From assembly GCF_006345805.1 (NCBI RefSeq), contig NW_021824653.1, forward strand, positions 1 through 36,434: DNA of 36,434 nucleotides. Reading direction: 5' to 3'. This DNA comes from Octopus sinensis. Lineage: Eukaryota. The position numbers were made by a program, and so were the translations under genes. Below, piece after piece: positions 12,469-23,450 of this stretch (positions are counted from its first letter, which is position 1; each line of letters starts with the position of its first letter). The notes under the pieces were generated by a model, which saw only the letters and a program-made list of their open reading frames with translations, searched no databases and was not told the DNA's origin.

Positions 12469-12845
12469 AAAAACGTATTTGTGAATCGAACATTTTCACT
12501 ACACTGTTGTTCATTAAAATGTAAAAAAAATAAAGGGAAGAAACGTAAAAAAAAAACACCAAGAAAAAGATCAATATAAAAAGGCAAAATAATATAAAGA
12601 AATGGATTAACAAACAGGATGTCAGATGAATTCTTGTGACGCTAAGTTGAGATTGGTTTGATCTTGATGTAAAAGACGTAACTGTCATGGCCGCTATCCT
12701 GCTTTGGAATCGGATTGACAAGCAGAGGAGGAAAATAATAAAAAAACACTTTCCTTGGATTCTAAAAAGAAAATATATATATTTGAACTTCTGCGGAAAT
12801 ATGCGTGTACATTAATGTGTGTATATGTGTATGTGTATATATATG

Positions 12846-12878
<33 letters not shown>

Positions 12879-12932
12879 TGTGTGTTATGTGTAATTAATA
12901 TCACGCTTCTCACTTTTTTATTGCGATCAAAG

Positions 12933-13037
<105 letters not shown>

Positions 13038-13153
13038 AATCAAGGAACGGCCATAATAGGCCATTCACCCACTAGAAATAACAGCCAAAAGCTTCAACCG
13101 CAAAATAACATCAATTCCGTAAACCAGGAGAAAATTAAAAAACATTTACCCTG

Positions 13154-13262
13154 TAATTCTTATACGATGCACCGTTTCATCTACTGTTTAATGGTAAACT
13201 AACCTGATTAAATTAAATCAAGCCAATCTTCCATAGGCCCTTAGAATCATCAGTAAGAAATA
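13154..13262 (-). ncRNA. Type I hammerhead ribozyme with long stem II, tandem unit 1
   Basis: Minus strand: TTCTTA-CTGATGA(13253-13247)-68-nt stem II-GAAA(13178-13175)-CGGTGCATCG-TA|TAAGAA. Stem I has 6 perfect bp, stem III is near-palindromic ACGGTGCATCGT, triplet GUA. Position 10.1/11.1 is U-U rather than G-C. Confidence 0.7.
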
Positions 13263-13644
13263 GCCAAGTCGGAACAGATATTTTCACGAGGCATTTCCTT
13301 CCCTGCCTCGGCAATATCTGACCTAAAATTTTCAAATCATCGCACTCGCGCCAAATTTATCGGCAGCAAATAAATATAAGCCGCCGATTCCATTACGGAA
13401 TTAACCAGAAAATTCATAATTAATCAATATAGGGTGGCAAAAAATTTTGTAGAATTTTTTTGCCACCAGCGGCCTAGTGGGAAAAAATTAAATAGTCATA
13501 GACCATTTTTAAGTTCAACATCACAATCAAGGAACGGCCATAATAGGCTATTCACCCACTAGAAATAACAGCCAAAAGCTTCAACCGCAAAATAACATCA
13601 ATTCCGTAAACCAGGAGAAAATTAAAAAACATTTACCCTGTAAT

Positions 13645-13747
13645 TTCTTATACGATGCACCGTTTCATCTACTGTTTAATGGTAAACTAACCTGATTAAA
13701 TTAAATCAAGCCAATCTTCCATAGGCCCTTAGAATCATCAGTAAGAA
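13645..13747 (-). ncRNA. Type I hammerhead ribozyme, tandem unit 2
   Basis: Same motif as unit 1; core at 13741-13735, predicted cut between 13651 and 13650. Confidence 0.7.
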
Positions 13748-14127
13748 TAGCCAAGTCGGAACAGATATTTTCACGAGGCATTTCCTTCCCTGCCTCGGCA
13801 ATATCTGACCTAAAATTTTCAAATCATCGCACTCGCGCCAAATTTATCGGCAGCAAATAAATATAAGCCGCCGATTCCATTACGGAATTAACCAGAAAAT
13901 TCATAATTAATCAATATAGGGTGGCAAAAAATTTTGTAGAATTTTTTTGCCACCAGCGGCCTAGTGGGAAAAAATTAAATAGTCATAGACCATTTTTAAG
14001 TTCAACATCACAATCAAGGAACGGCCATAATAGGCCATTCACCCACTAGAAATAACAGCCAAATGCTTCAACCGCAAAATAACATCAATTCCGTAAACCA
14101 GGAGAAAATTAAAAAACATTTACCCTG

Positions 14128-14235
14128 TAATTCTTATACGATGCACCGTTTCATCTACTGTTTAATGGTAAACTAACCTGATTAAATTAAATCAAGCCAT
14201 CTTCCATAGGCCCTTAGAATCATCAGTAAGAAATA
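14128..14235 (-). ncRNA. Type I hammerhead ribozyme, tandem unit 3
   Basis: Same motif as unit 1; core at 14226-14220, predicted cut between 14137 and 14136. Confidence 0.7.
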
Positions 14236-14396
14236 GCCAAGTCGGAACAGATATTTTCACGAGGCATTTCCTTCCCTGCCTCGGCAATATCTGACCTAAA
14301 ATTTTCAAATCATCGCACTCGCGCCAAATTTATCGGCAGCAAATAAATATAAGCCGCCGATTCCATTACGGAATTAACCAGAAAATTCATAATATC

Positions 14397-14443
14397 GATG
14401 ATTCTAAGGGCCTATGGAAGATTGGCTTGATTTAATTTAATCA
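14397..14443 (+). repeat. 47-bp inverted copy of part of the 487-bp unit at the array end
   Basis: 14397-14443 is the exact reverse complement of 13205-13251 (HHR core plus 5' half of stem II). Confidence 0.9.
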
Positions 14444-14563
14444 TGTCCGATGATTGCTAATTAGTCTCTCAACTTTCCGAAAGGTGTTAACATGAAACCC
14501 TTCAGTAACATAAATTCGATGTCATGACACTATATACCTATATAAATAATGATAATGTACATA

Positions 14564-15251
14564 CAAAATTTAGAGGAATGACCACTAAAGTGGACTCCCT
14601 TTATGCTAAACATAGACGTCAAATCGTCATTACCACGAAGAATGTGTTCTGAAGAAAAATCTCAGCAAAAAAACAAAATGTAAAAATAAACAAGACAAAT
14701 GAAAATACAGGGTGTCCACTTTAGTGGTCATTCCTCTAATATTTTTTAAATATGCTAAGCCACTGGTTTTAATTGATTAATATCAATTTCTATCCTTATT
14801 ATCTAATTTTAAATAAATATAAAATGTTCTCTAACCGGTAAATTGGCTGCTGGAATTTATTAACTGCAGAGTAACTTCCGACCTCATCGCGCCATAGTGA
14901 AGGCATTTGAAAGATACACCCAAATATAATTTGTAGAACTTTATACATTTTCGATTTCGGTTGAGCGTTCCGTGTCTAGTTCTGTAAATTATGTTTTGTA
15001 AACGACAGATTATGCTGATGATCTTGCAGATATTTGCGTATCCATATACGTAAATATTAACAAGTGAAACCATTGGTACATAGGTAATGGTTTTTATTTA
15101 TTTCGTATATTTTCATTTGTCTTGCTTATTTTTGCACTTCGGTCTTTTGCTGAGATTTTTCTTGGGAACACATTCTTCGTGGTAATGGCGATTTGACGTC
15201 TATGTTTAGCATAAAGGGTGTCCACTTTAGTGGTCATTCCTCTAAATTTTG
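14564..15251. mobile_element. Tc1/mariner-type MITE with ~145-bp TIRs
   Basis: 14564-14709 is the imperfect reverse complement of 15105-15251; TA on both flanks; an extra inverted sub-copy of the TIR lies at 14710-14739. Confidence 0.8.
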
Positions 15252-15258
15252 TATATAC

Positions 15259-15306
<48 letters not shown>

Positions 15307-15376
15307 CATACATATGACGAGGACGATACGTAGAGATAGATAAATAAGTAGATAGACAGATAGATCAATAGATAAG

Positions 15377-15431
<55 letters not shown>

Positions 15432-16249
15432 TGATATACACATAGATAGACAAACACATATATGTTTATGTAAACATACATATGAATATTTATAGAAAGA
15501 ATTCCGAGCGGAAGGTATTAGGTTTCAACTGTTGTTTATATTTGTATGAACAGACGAGATTGTTTTGAAGCGGGGAAACAAAGTAGAAAACAAAAATCTG
15601 GTGTTTTTCGTGTGTGAAACGGCTTGATAGAAAGAAATCAAAACAAACATCACTTAATCAAAACGAAGGAGCAAGTTTATTGCTTTCTCACTGACTATAT
15701 AATCTGTCTGTTTGATTTATAACCTTTAGTGCTACGCTTTGGAAACAGTACTTATGTACTGGTGTCAACTGATTTATATACTTTCTCGAAAGAGCTTGCT
15801 TTTTTTTTTGCTTTTTTCTTTCCTTTTTTGTCTTCCACCTTTGAATATTGTAAAACTGAAGCAGAAGTTTGTTTTCTTATCTAAACGCCAAGGAATTTCA
15901 TATGAATAAATCGATAGATAAGTAAGAAGGTGCTATGATCAATCTTTCCTTTCACAACCCCTGGAGGTCGATCAATTGCATATCTTCCTTGTGCTGGGGT
16001 TGTTTAGAACGGGAGGTAGGGAGAGGAATTGGTATTGTTGAGTTGATCAATCCAGCGGTCTATCATTAGACACATGCACAATTGTCCCCTCCAGATTGAA
16101 TATTCAAATATATTTAAGGGAAACATTAGAACCAATAGCAATGGTTTTATCAGTAAAGATTTCATCTTTTTCTCTGATGAATAGCTCAGCGTTATACTTT
16201 TCTTCGAGACATCAAAATTATATATTCAACTGTACAATCAACTGCATTT

Positions 16250-16332
16250 GGTAGTAGTAGTAGTAGTAGTAGTAGTTGTAGTAGTAGTAGTAGTAGTAGT
16301 AGTAGTAATTGTAGTAGTAGTAGTAGTAGTAT

Positions 16333-16369
<37 letters not shown>

Positions 16370-16410
16370 TGTAGTAATAGTAGTTGTTGTAGTAGTAGTA
16401 GTAGTAGTTG
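16250..16410. repeat. (GTA)n microsatellite, left flank of the FKBP15 retrocopy
   Basis: Direct inspection. Confidence 0.97.
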
Positions 16411-16461
16411 GGTTTCTTTGCTTTTCCTGCTGCTGGGAATACTTTTACAAAATATTTACGA

Positions 16462-17164
16462 ATGTTCTTCGACCAAGATGACGACGAGCAAGATTTTACG
16501 TCGCCCTCGGCAGGATCTAAGTTGGCTAACTTATTTAACATTGATAAACAGTCGAATAGAGGCGGGAATGAAAGCCTCACTTATACAGCCCCAAAACAAC
16601 CCAAAAAAGAAAGTCCATCTGCTGCTTCCGAAAGTACTCCTGCATTGACGATGGCCTGAGCAGTTCAAGCTTTCAAATATGTTGGAAATGAACACAAAAG
16701 TCAAGGTAAATTAGGAGCTGCAATTCTGTCGAATGATTCCAACAAAGAGTATCGAATACTTCTTTATGTCACCAAAGAAAAGCAAGTGACCAATGTAACA
16801 ATTACCAAGTCCTTTACTTTCACTATGCAACCAAATAACTATGCTATGTTCTATGATGCAGCAAAACAAGGTTGGTCAATTTTGTTCGAATCTGAACAAG
16901 TTGCTCATAAATTCGCGAAAGAAATTGCCATTGCCAAATCAAAATCATGCGATGGTGCCTTAGATACTGTAATTATCCAGGATTTGGTTCATGGAGAAGG
17001 CAATCCATTAGAGACTGGGGACTCTGCAGAAGTGAAATATACTGGATGGTTACTTACTAAAAAAAAAACTTGGACAGGTGTTTGATTCCAATGTCAATAC
17101 AGATAAACAATTTCGGTTCAAAATTGGCAAAGGAAAAGTTATTAAGGGTTGGGACATAGGTGTT
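16462..17164 (+). pseudogene. FKBP15: Processed, 3'-truncated FK506-binding protein 15 pseudogene (about the first 234 codons)
   Basis: MFFDQDDDEQDFTSPSAGSKLANLF...YTAPKQPKK...*AVQAFKY...QGKLGAAIL...EYRILLY...PNNYAMFYD...WSILFESE...EVKYTGWL / LGQVFDS...[16 protein letters not shown] matches the FKBP15 N-terminus, WH1-like region and start of the PPIase domain (recognised from memory). No introns; in-frame TGA at 16657-16659; frameshift in the A10 run at 17059-17068. Confidence 0.9.
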
Positions 17165-17171
17165 GGGACAT

Positions 17172-17226
17172 AGTAATAGTAGTAGTAGTAGTAGTAGTAG
17201 TTGTTGTTGTTGTAGTAGTTGTAGTA

Positions 17227-17296
<70 letters not shown>

Positions 17297-17322
17297 TGTT
17301 GTTGTTGTTGTTGTTGTTGTTG
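17172..17322. repeat. (TAG)n/(GTT)n microsatellite, right flank of the FKBP15 retrocopy
   Basis: Direct inspection. Confidence 0.97.
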
Positions 17323-17759
17323 TCAGTGGTGACGGTGAGTAGGATGATGTTCGTCTCCTTGTCTGCTCTAATCAACCAGGCCTCTAATAAACCATGAACA
17401 TCCAGTGTGTCTTTTTTTTCGATATACTTTGAAATACAGTCTTTTGTTTTTGATTTCTCAATATCCAAGGCCGACAGGTTCGCGATGGATTTGACTTCGT
17501 GGTTTACCAGAGATCAAATGAAAAAAAAAAATTAATTCTACACTTCTCAGGGAAAGTTATTCAAACAAGCTATGTTATTAAGAGGTTGAAAACTTGAGGG
17601 AAACTCCATTGCTCTAATCTGGTTTATTTAAACAAATTTGTTTATAACATATTTATAACATATTCCATACTAACTCACACGTTTGTATGGAATTTTAATG
17701 AATTAATTAATATTTTTAAAAAATCTGTTACACTCTCAAACAATTTTTGTTTTTGGGTA

Positions 17760-17917
17760 GCAAATCCACCCACAAGGCTTTGGTTGGCCCGAGGCTATAG
17801 TAGAAGACACTTGCCCAAGGTGCCACGCAGTGGGACTGAACCCGGAACCCTGGGTTGGTAAGCAAGCTACATACCATACAGCCACTCCTACGCCTATATA
17901 TAAATATTATATTATAT

Positions 17918-17978
<61 letters not shown>

Positions 17979-18351
17979 TACGACGGGCTTCTTTCAGTTT
18001 CTATCTACCAAATCCACTCACAAGGCTTTGGTCGGCCCGAGGCTATAGTAGAAGACACTTGCCCAAGTTGTCACGCAGTGGGACTGAACCCGGAACCATA
18101 TGGCTGGTAAGCAAGCTACTTACCATACAGCCACTCCTACGCCTATATAATATATATATATATATATATATACATATATACGACGGGCTTCTTTCAGTTT
18201 CTATCTACCAATCCATCACAAGGCTTTGGTCGGCCCAAGGCTATAGTAGAAGACACTTGCCCAAGGTGTCACGCAGTGGGACTGAACCCGGAACCATATG
18301 GCTGGTAAGCAAGCTACTTACCATACAGCCACTCCTACGCCTATATATAAT

Positions 18352-18383
<32 letters not shown>

Positions 18384-18545
18384 TACGACGGGCTTCTTTC
18401 AGTTTCTATCTACCAAATCCACTCACAAGGCTTTGGTCGGCCCAAGGCTATAGTAGAAGACACTTGCCCAAGGTGTCACGCAGTGGGACTGAACCCGGAA
18501 CCATGTGGTTGGTAAGCAAGCTACTTACCATACAGCCACTCTACG

Positions 18546-18587
<42 letters not shown>

Positions 18588-19002
18588 ATATATATACATA
18601 CATATATACGACGGGCTTCTTTCAGTTTCTATCTACCAAATCCACTCACAAGGCTTTGGTTGGCCCGAGGCTATAGTAGAAGACACTTGCCCAAGGGTCA
18701 CGCAGTGGGACTGAACCCGGAACCATATGGCTGGTAAGCAAGCTACTTACCATACAGCCACTCCTACGCCTATATATATATATATATTATATATATAATA
18801 TATATATAATATATATATACATATATATATATACATATATACGACGGGCTTCTTTCAGTTTCTATCTACCAAATCCACTCACAAGGCTTTGGTCGGCCCG
18901 AGGCTCTAGTAGAAGACACTTGCCCAAGGTGCCATGCAGTGGGACTGAACCCGGAACCATGTGGCTGGTAAGCACGCTACTTACCATACAGCCACTCCTA
19001 CG

Positions 19003-19041
<39 letters not shown>

Positions 19042-19239
19042 ATATATATATTATATATATATATATACATATATACGACGGGCTTCTTTCAGTTTCTATC
19101 TACCAAATCCACTCACAAGGCTTTGGTCGGCCCGAGGCTATAGTAGAAGACACTTGCCCAAGGTGTCACGCAGTGGGACTGAACCCGGAACCATATGGCT
19201 GGTAAGCAAGCTACTTCCCACACAGCCACTCCTACGCCT
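17760..19239 (-). repeat. Tandem array of 7 SINE family A 5' halves separated by (TA)n
   Basis: Units start at about 17760 (partial), 17981, 18181, 18386, 18609, 18842 and 19076. All six complete units share the private variant TTCTATCTACC; CATACAGCC is in all but the last unit and TCACGCAG in most. Confidence 0.95.
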
Positions 19240-19499
19240 ATTTATTAATCGATTTATCCATCTGTTTCCTTTAACTGTTTAATACCTAAGTTCAATATTT
19301 CGTTTGTGTAATTATTCCTGCTCAATGTAGATGATATACTTGCATGCCGTAGAATAAAGTTAGCATTCATCGGACAGCCTCAAGTGTATGACCATCATGT
19401 CGGTGAAGTGTGAAACATGAATATAGATTTACATACACATCTCTTAGCCATCAATAGACACACGTACACACACATGCGTACGTGATTACATAAACATAC

Positions 19500-19559
19500 A
19501 TACATACATATATATGTGAGTGTGTGTGAGTGTGTGTGAGAGTGTGTGTGTGTGTGTGT

Positions 19560-19593
<34 letters not shown>

Positions 19594-19781
19594 GTGGTGT
19601 GTGTGTGTGTGTGAGTGTGTGTGTGAGAGTGTGTGTGTGTGTGTGTGTGAGTGTGTGTGTGTGTGTGTGTGTGAGTGTGTGTGTGTGTGTGAGTGTGTGT
19701 GTGTGAGTGTGTGAGAGTGTGTGGTGTGTGTGTGTGTGTGTGAGTGTGTGTGTGTGAGTGTGTGTGTGTGTGTGTGAGTGT

Positions 19782-19820
<39 letters not shown>

Positions 19821-19830
19821 TGTGTGTGTG
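19500..19830. repeat. (GT)n/(GAGT) compound microsatellite
   Basis: Direct inspection. Confidence 0.97.
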
Positions 19831-20293
19831 TGCTTATGCATGTATAGTGAATTCCCTTCTCGCAACGCGAGTTTTTACGTCACCACGATAATCAGGCGAC
19901 TAAAACAAACGATCGATTGAATACACTCAGTGCGTGCGCGCGCGTCTGTGTGTGTGGGTGTGTGCGCGCGCGCGCCTGCATGCGCGTGAATATTTGTGTG
20001 CGAGTACGAGTGTTAGTGTATGTGTGTATGTTTGTATGTGAATCACACCTAGATGTACAAGATATAAATATTAAAATAAATATACACATTCGATTAGCTT
20101 CGCAGGCGGACATGACTGGTGTTTCTGTTTGGCCAGAAACTATGGACCCGTTCGTACGCCACCATCTTCAGCGTTCGATAAAAATGCTAGCTAGCGAAAT
20201 TCCTGATTCCATACATGCTATCATGCCACAAACAAGCGCCAGAATATATTATCACCAACCGAAACGCCTTTATTTATTTAGCGGACACATATA

Positions 20294-20703
20294 TTATAGT
20301 AATAGAGCCCAGCCTTCAGAAATTACAGAACTTAAGTCCAAAGGGGGCATTTATCGTGCGCATAAAATCATCGACTTCCAGTAATTAGCCGTTTCTACGT
20401 CCGGTGAAGGCGGTGAATTGGGGGTGTATAATCTTATGCTCGTGTGGGAGCTAAAATAAGATCTGTGTCCGGGGAAGGAAATTTATTGCGAGTTCGATTA
20501 TAGTAATAGAGCCCAGCCTTCAGAAATTACAGAACTTAAGTCCAAAGGGGGCATTTATCGTGCGCATAAAATCATCGACTTCCAGTAATTAGCCGTTTCT
20601 ACGTCCGGTGAAGGTGGTGAATTGGGGGTGTATAATCTTATGCTGGTGCGGGCATTAAAATAAGATCTGTGTCCGGGGAAGGAAATTTATTGCGAGTTTG
20701 ATT
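20294..20703. repeat. Tandem duplication, 204 bp x 2
   Basis: TTATAGTAATAGAGCCCAGCC starts at 20294 and 20498; the copies are near-identical. Confidence 0.92.
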
Positions 20704-21057
20704 AATTTTCTGTCTGTGACTTCCTATGTGTGTGTGTGTTTGTGTTAGGAAGGGCGTAGATCGCTGAGGCAATAGGGTGGAGAAAATATCTGGAAGCTCT
20801 GCAGTTCCATCGGTCTTCATCACTAATAATGAATTTGACAATGGATTATGGTATTTAAGCCTGTGAGTTCCTATGAGACAGAACAGTTCAAAGCTATCCA
20901 TTAGGAATGGCGTCATTGGAAAATTGGTGAGTTTCTTTTCTTTTTATAACACTTTTTTTTTAACTAGCAGTTCAATGGGTTACTTGAAAGTTTCTTGTGA
21001 GTGGTAACATGACAAATAACAACTCCTGTCACAAACTCCTGCCCCACTAGGTACCCG

Positions 21058-21100
<43 letters not shown>

Positions 21101-22210
21101 ACACACTCGCCAATGTGTCAACATGAAGGTCCAATCTTAAGTTGGTCCCAAGTAAACATAGGAAATTAAAGATTTGGTATACGGCCAGTCAACCTGCTAG
21201 AAATAGCGACTAGATTTCCTTCAAATCACAAGCTCTCATCTTAAACGAGGAAAGAACGCACTGATTAGTTATCTTCTTCTTCTTCTTCTTCTTCTTCTTC
21301 TTCTTCTTCTTCTTCTTCTTCTTCTTCTTCTTCTTCTTCTTCTTCTTCTTCTTCTGTTGATGCTGTTGTTCCCAGATGGAGGAAAGGCAAATTTGACCTG
21401 AACGGGATAAAATCTCAGAGTGTTGAGAGCCGGAGACGTACCGCAAAGTGCTTTAGCAATTCGGCCAAATTCGTTGCCTTCATATAGTTTTACATATTTG
21501 TAAAAGGTCAGTTGCAATGCCGTAGCTAGACGGCCCGAGAGCTAAACAACGTCATCAGTAACAACTCTTCAGTAACATTTACCCCCTCTTAAACGCAGAT
21601 GTACCATTAGAACAAACTATACTGTGATAGATTCCTCGAGAGAAACTCTCATATTGGCTTTTGGTGCAAAATGTATTCTTGTTTATAACAAAGATAACTT
21701 ACCAGTTTCTTATTTGATGAAATTTAGGTCCAATTTCTTTTCACAATGTGGAAGAAGTCTAATGTTATTCGGAAAGAACTTCAACATTCCTAGATACTGG
21801 TAGAACTTAAAGATCAATGCAAATAATATAAATTGAAAGCCAACTGGAAGTAAAACTGTCAGTGACACGGAAATAAGGTCTCTAATTTAACTGATTGAAT
21901 TAGATTAATTGCTAGATTATAATTTAGTTAATTGCTACAATTGAAGATTCTTCTGGCTGTAACTAACTGAACTCAACTGTTAGTAACGTACCCAGCTTTA
22001 TGAGGATGGAAATTTAACGAGCCAGGGAAGGAATTTTCGTGTGGTCGCCAGACCTGCTAAGAATAGCAACCAAATATTGGCAGAATTCTGGTTTCTGCAC
22101 CACATACAACCCCTCGTAACTTTCTTATTTTTCGGAATTTTCAGAAAATTCTTGCGAATTTGTGTCTTACACAAGATAATTCATACCCCCACCCTAAATC
22201 CTAAAAATTC

Positions 22211-22434
22211 TACTCTTTACTCTTTTTACTCTTTTACTTGGTTCAGTCTTTTGACTGCGGCCATGCTGGAGCACCGCCTTTTTACTCGAGCAAATCGACC
22301 CCGGGACTTATTCTTTGTAAGCCTAGTACCTATTCTATCGGTCTCTTTTGCCGAACCGCTAAGTGATGGGGACGTAAACACACCAGCATCGGTTGCCAAG
22401 CAATGCTAGGGTGACAAACACAGACACACAAATA

Positions 22435-22498
<64 letters not shown>

Positions 22499-22661
22499 TA
22501 CGATTTAGGATTCTTTCAGTTTCCGTCTATCAAATCCACCCGCAAGGCATTGGTCGGCCCGGGGCTATAGCAGAAGACACTTGCCCAAGATGCCACGCAG
22601 TGGGACTGAACCCGGAACCATGTGGTTGGTTAGCAAGCTACTTACCACACAGCCACTCCTG
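22211..22661 (-). mobile_element. SINE family A
   Basis: Near full-length reverse-complement copy. Confidence 0.9.
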
Positions 22662-22972
22662 ATTTTTTTTCTAAAATCAGCGATTGAAATACGACAGTCT
22701 GAATGTTTTTGCCTAAATCTCAGTAATGGACCACTCTTGGATGCATCGCTGTGCCATTAAATGTGATTATGGAGAGAATGTATTGAAAAACAAGTCAGAG
22801 TAACAAGGAAACAGAGGTATTGGGTGATCGTGAGATGCGCTAAAAACAACAGCTAAATCGTTCTTAAATCACACAAAATTAGGAATGTCGCCTAGTCATT
22901 AAAATTTACACTACCTCCAAGACGGCGACAGGGCCTTAAAAGATGAGATAGTCAGAGCTGGATTTCGTTGTG

Positions 22973-23218
22973 TGTGTTTATTGGGCGAAAACACCCAAAA
23001 GCTCCACGAGGCTCCGGCAGGGGGTGGTGGTGACCCCTGTTGTACGCTTTCGCCCCAAATTTCTCACACTCTCTCTTACTGTTTTTCGAGTAACGCTGCG
23101 ATGGACTGGCGACCCGTCCAGCTGGGGAGGGGAGGAACACATACGCCATAGAAACCGGGAAACCGGGCCCATGAGCCTGGCTAGGCTTGAAAAGGGCGCA
23201 TAAATAAAAAAAAAAACT
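22973..23218 (+). mobile_element. 5'-truncated SINE: module M plus GCGATGGACTGGCGACCCGTCCAG-type 3' domain and A tail
   Basis: 22974-23078 aligns with 33701-33800; the 3' part resembles conserved V/Deu-type SINE domains (from memory); ends in AAATAAAAAAAAAA. Confidence 0.7.
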
Positions 23219-23450
23219 TAGTTATCAACACCATTAACAGTTGTCGCTTCAGACCAATCCTGGCCGAGCCTACCTCTCTACCTGTAATCTAGCTGCGCCA
23301 TCCTTTCTCTTTCTTCTTAGAAGCCGAGGCAAGCTAGGATCACTTTATACAGGTCTTTTTTTTTCAAACAATTAACGTTGTAAGCGTTTCGTTTTGTCGC
23401 TGTTTTGATGCAAGTGGGAATCTGATACAGTAAGAGTATAACCAGTACAT

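Noticed and set aside
13433-13477. Hairpin followed by CTAG in the 487-bp unit as a Helitron 3' end
   Set aside because: CTAG is about 45 bp from the unit boundary and the array ends do not fit A|TC...CTRR|T; the HHR/PLE explanation fits better.
14441-14495. Plus-strand CCGATGA...GAAAGGTGTTA|ACATGA with a perfect 6-bp stem I (TCATGT/ACATGA)
   Set aside because: No stem II abutting GAAA and only a 2-bp stem III; it could be a decayed HHR but cannot be supported.
16657-16659. In-frame TGA in the FKBP15 copy as selenocysteine or editing-rescued (UGA to UGG) codon
   Set aside because: FKBP15 is not a known selenoprotein, no SECIS is evident, and the copy is also frameshifted and truncated; a nonsense mutation is simpler.
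17855-18676. 273-aa ORF and recurring peptides such as RRASFSFRLPNPLTRLWSARGYSRRHLPKV and MTTDAGVFTSP
   Set aside because: Incidental translations of SINE family A; they recur wherever the SINE occurs.
17760-19239. Repeat-spacer look of the array (CRISPR-like)
   Set aside because: Repeats are ~165-bp SINE heads, spacers are (TA)n, the context is eukaryotic and there are no cas genes.
19335-19378. Minus-strand CTGTCCGATGAA, same prefix as the 32930 HHR
   Set aside because: GAAA box absent (GCAA) and no stem I partner.
20110-20180. Minus-strand CTGAAGA...GAAACACCAGTC
   Set aside because: Stem I and stem II do not pair; likely chance.
19917-20384. 155-aa ORF
   Set aside because: The N-terminal half is (GT)/(GC) repeat; the remainder has no recognisable domain or splice context.
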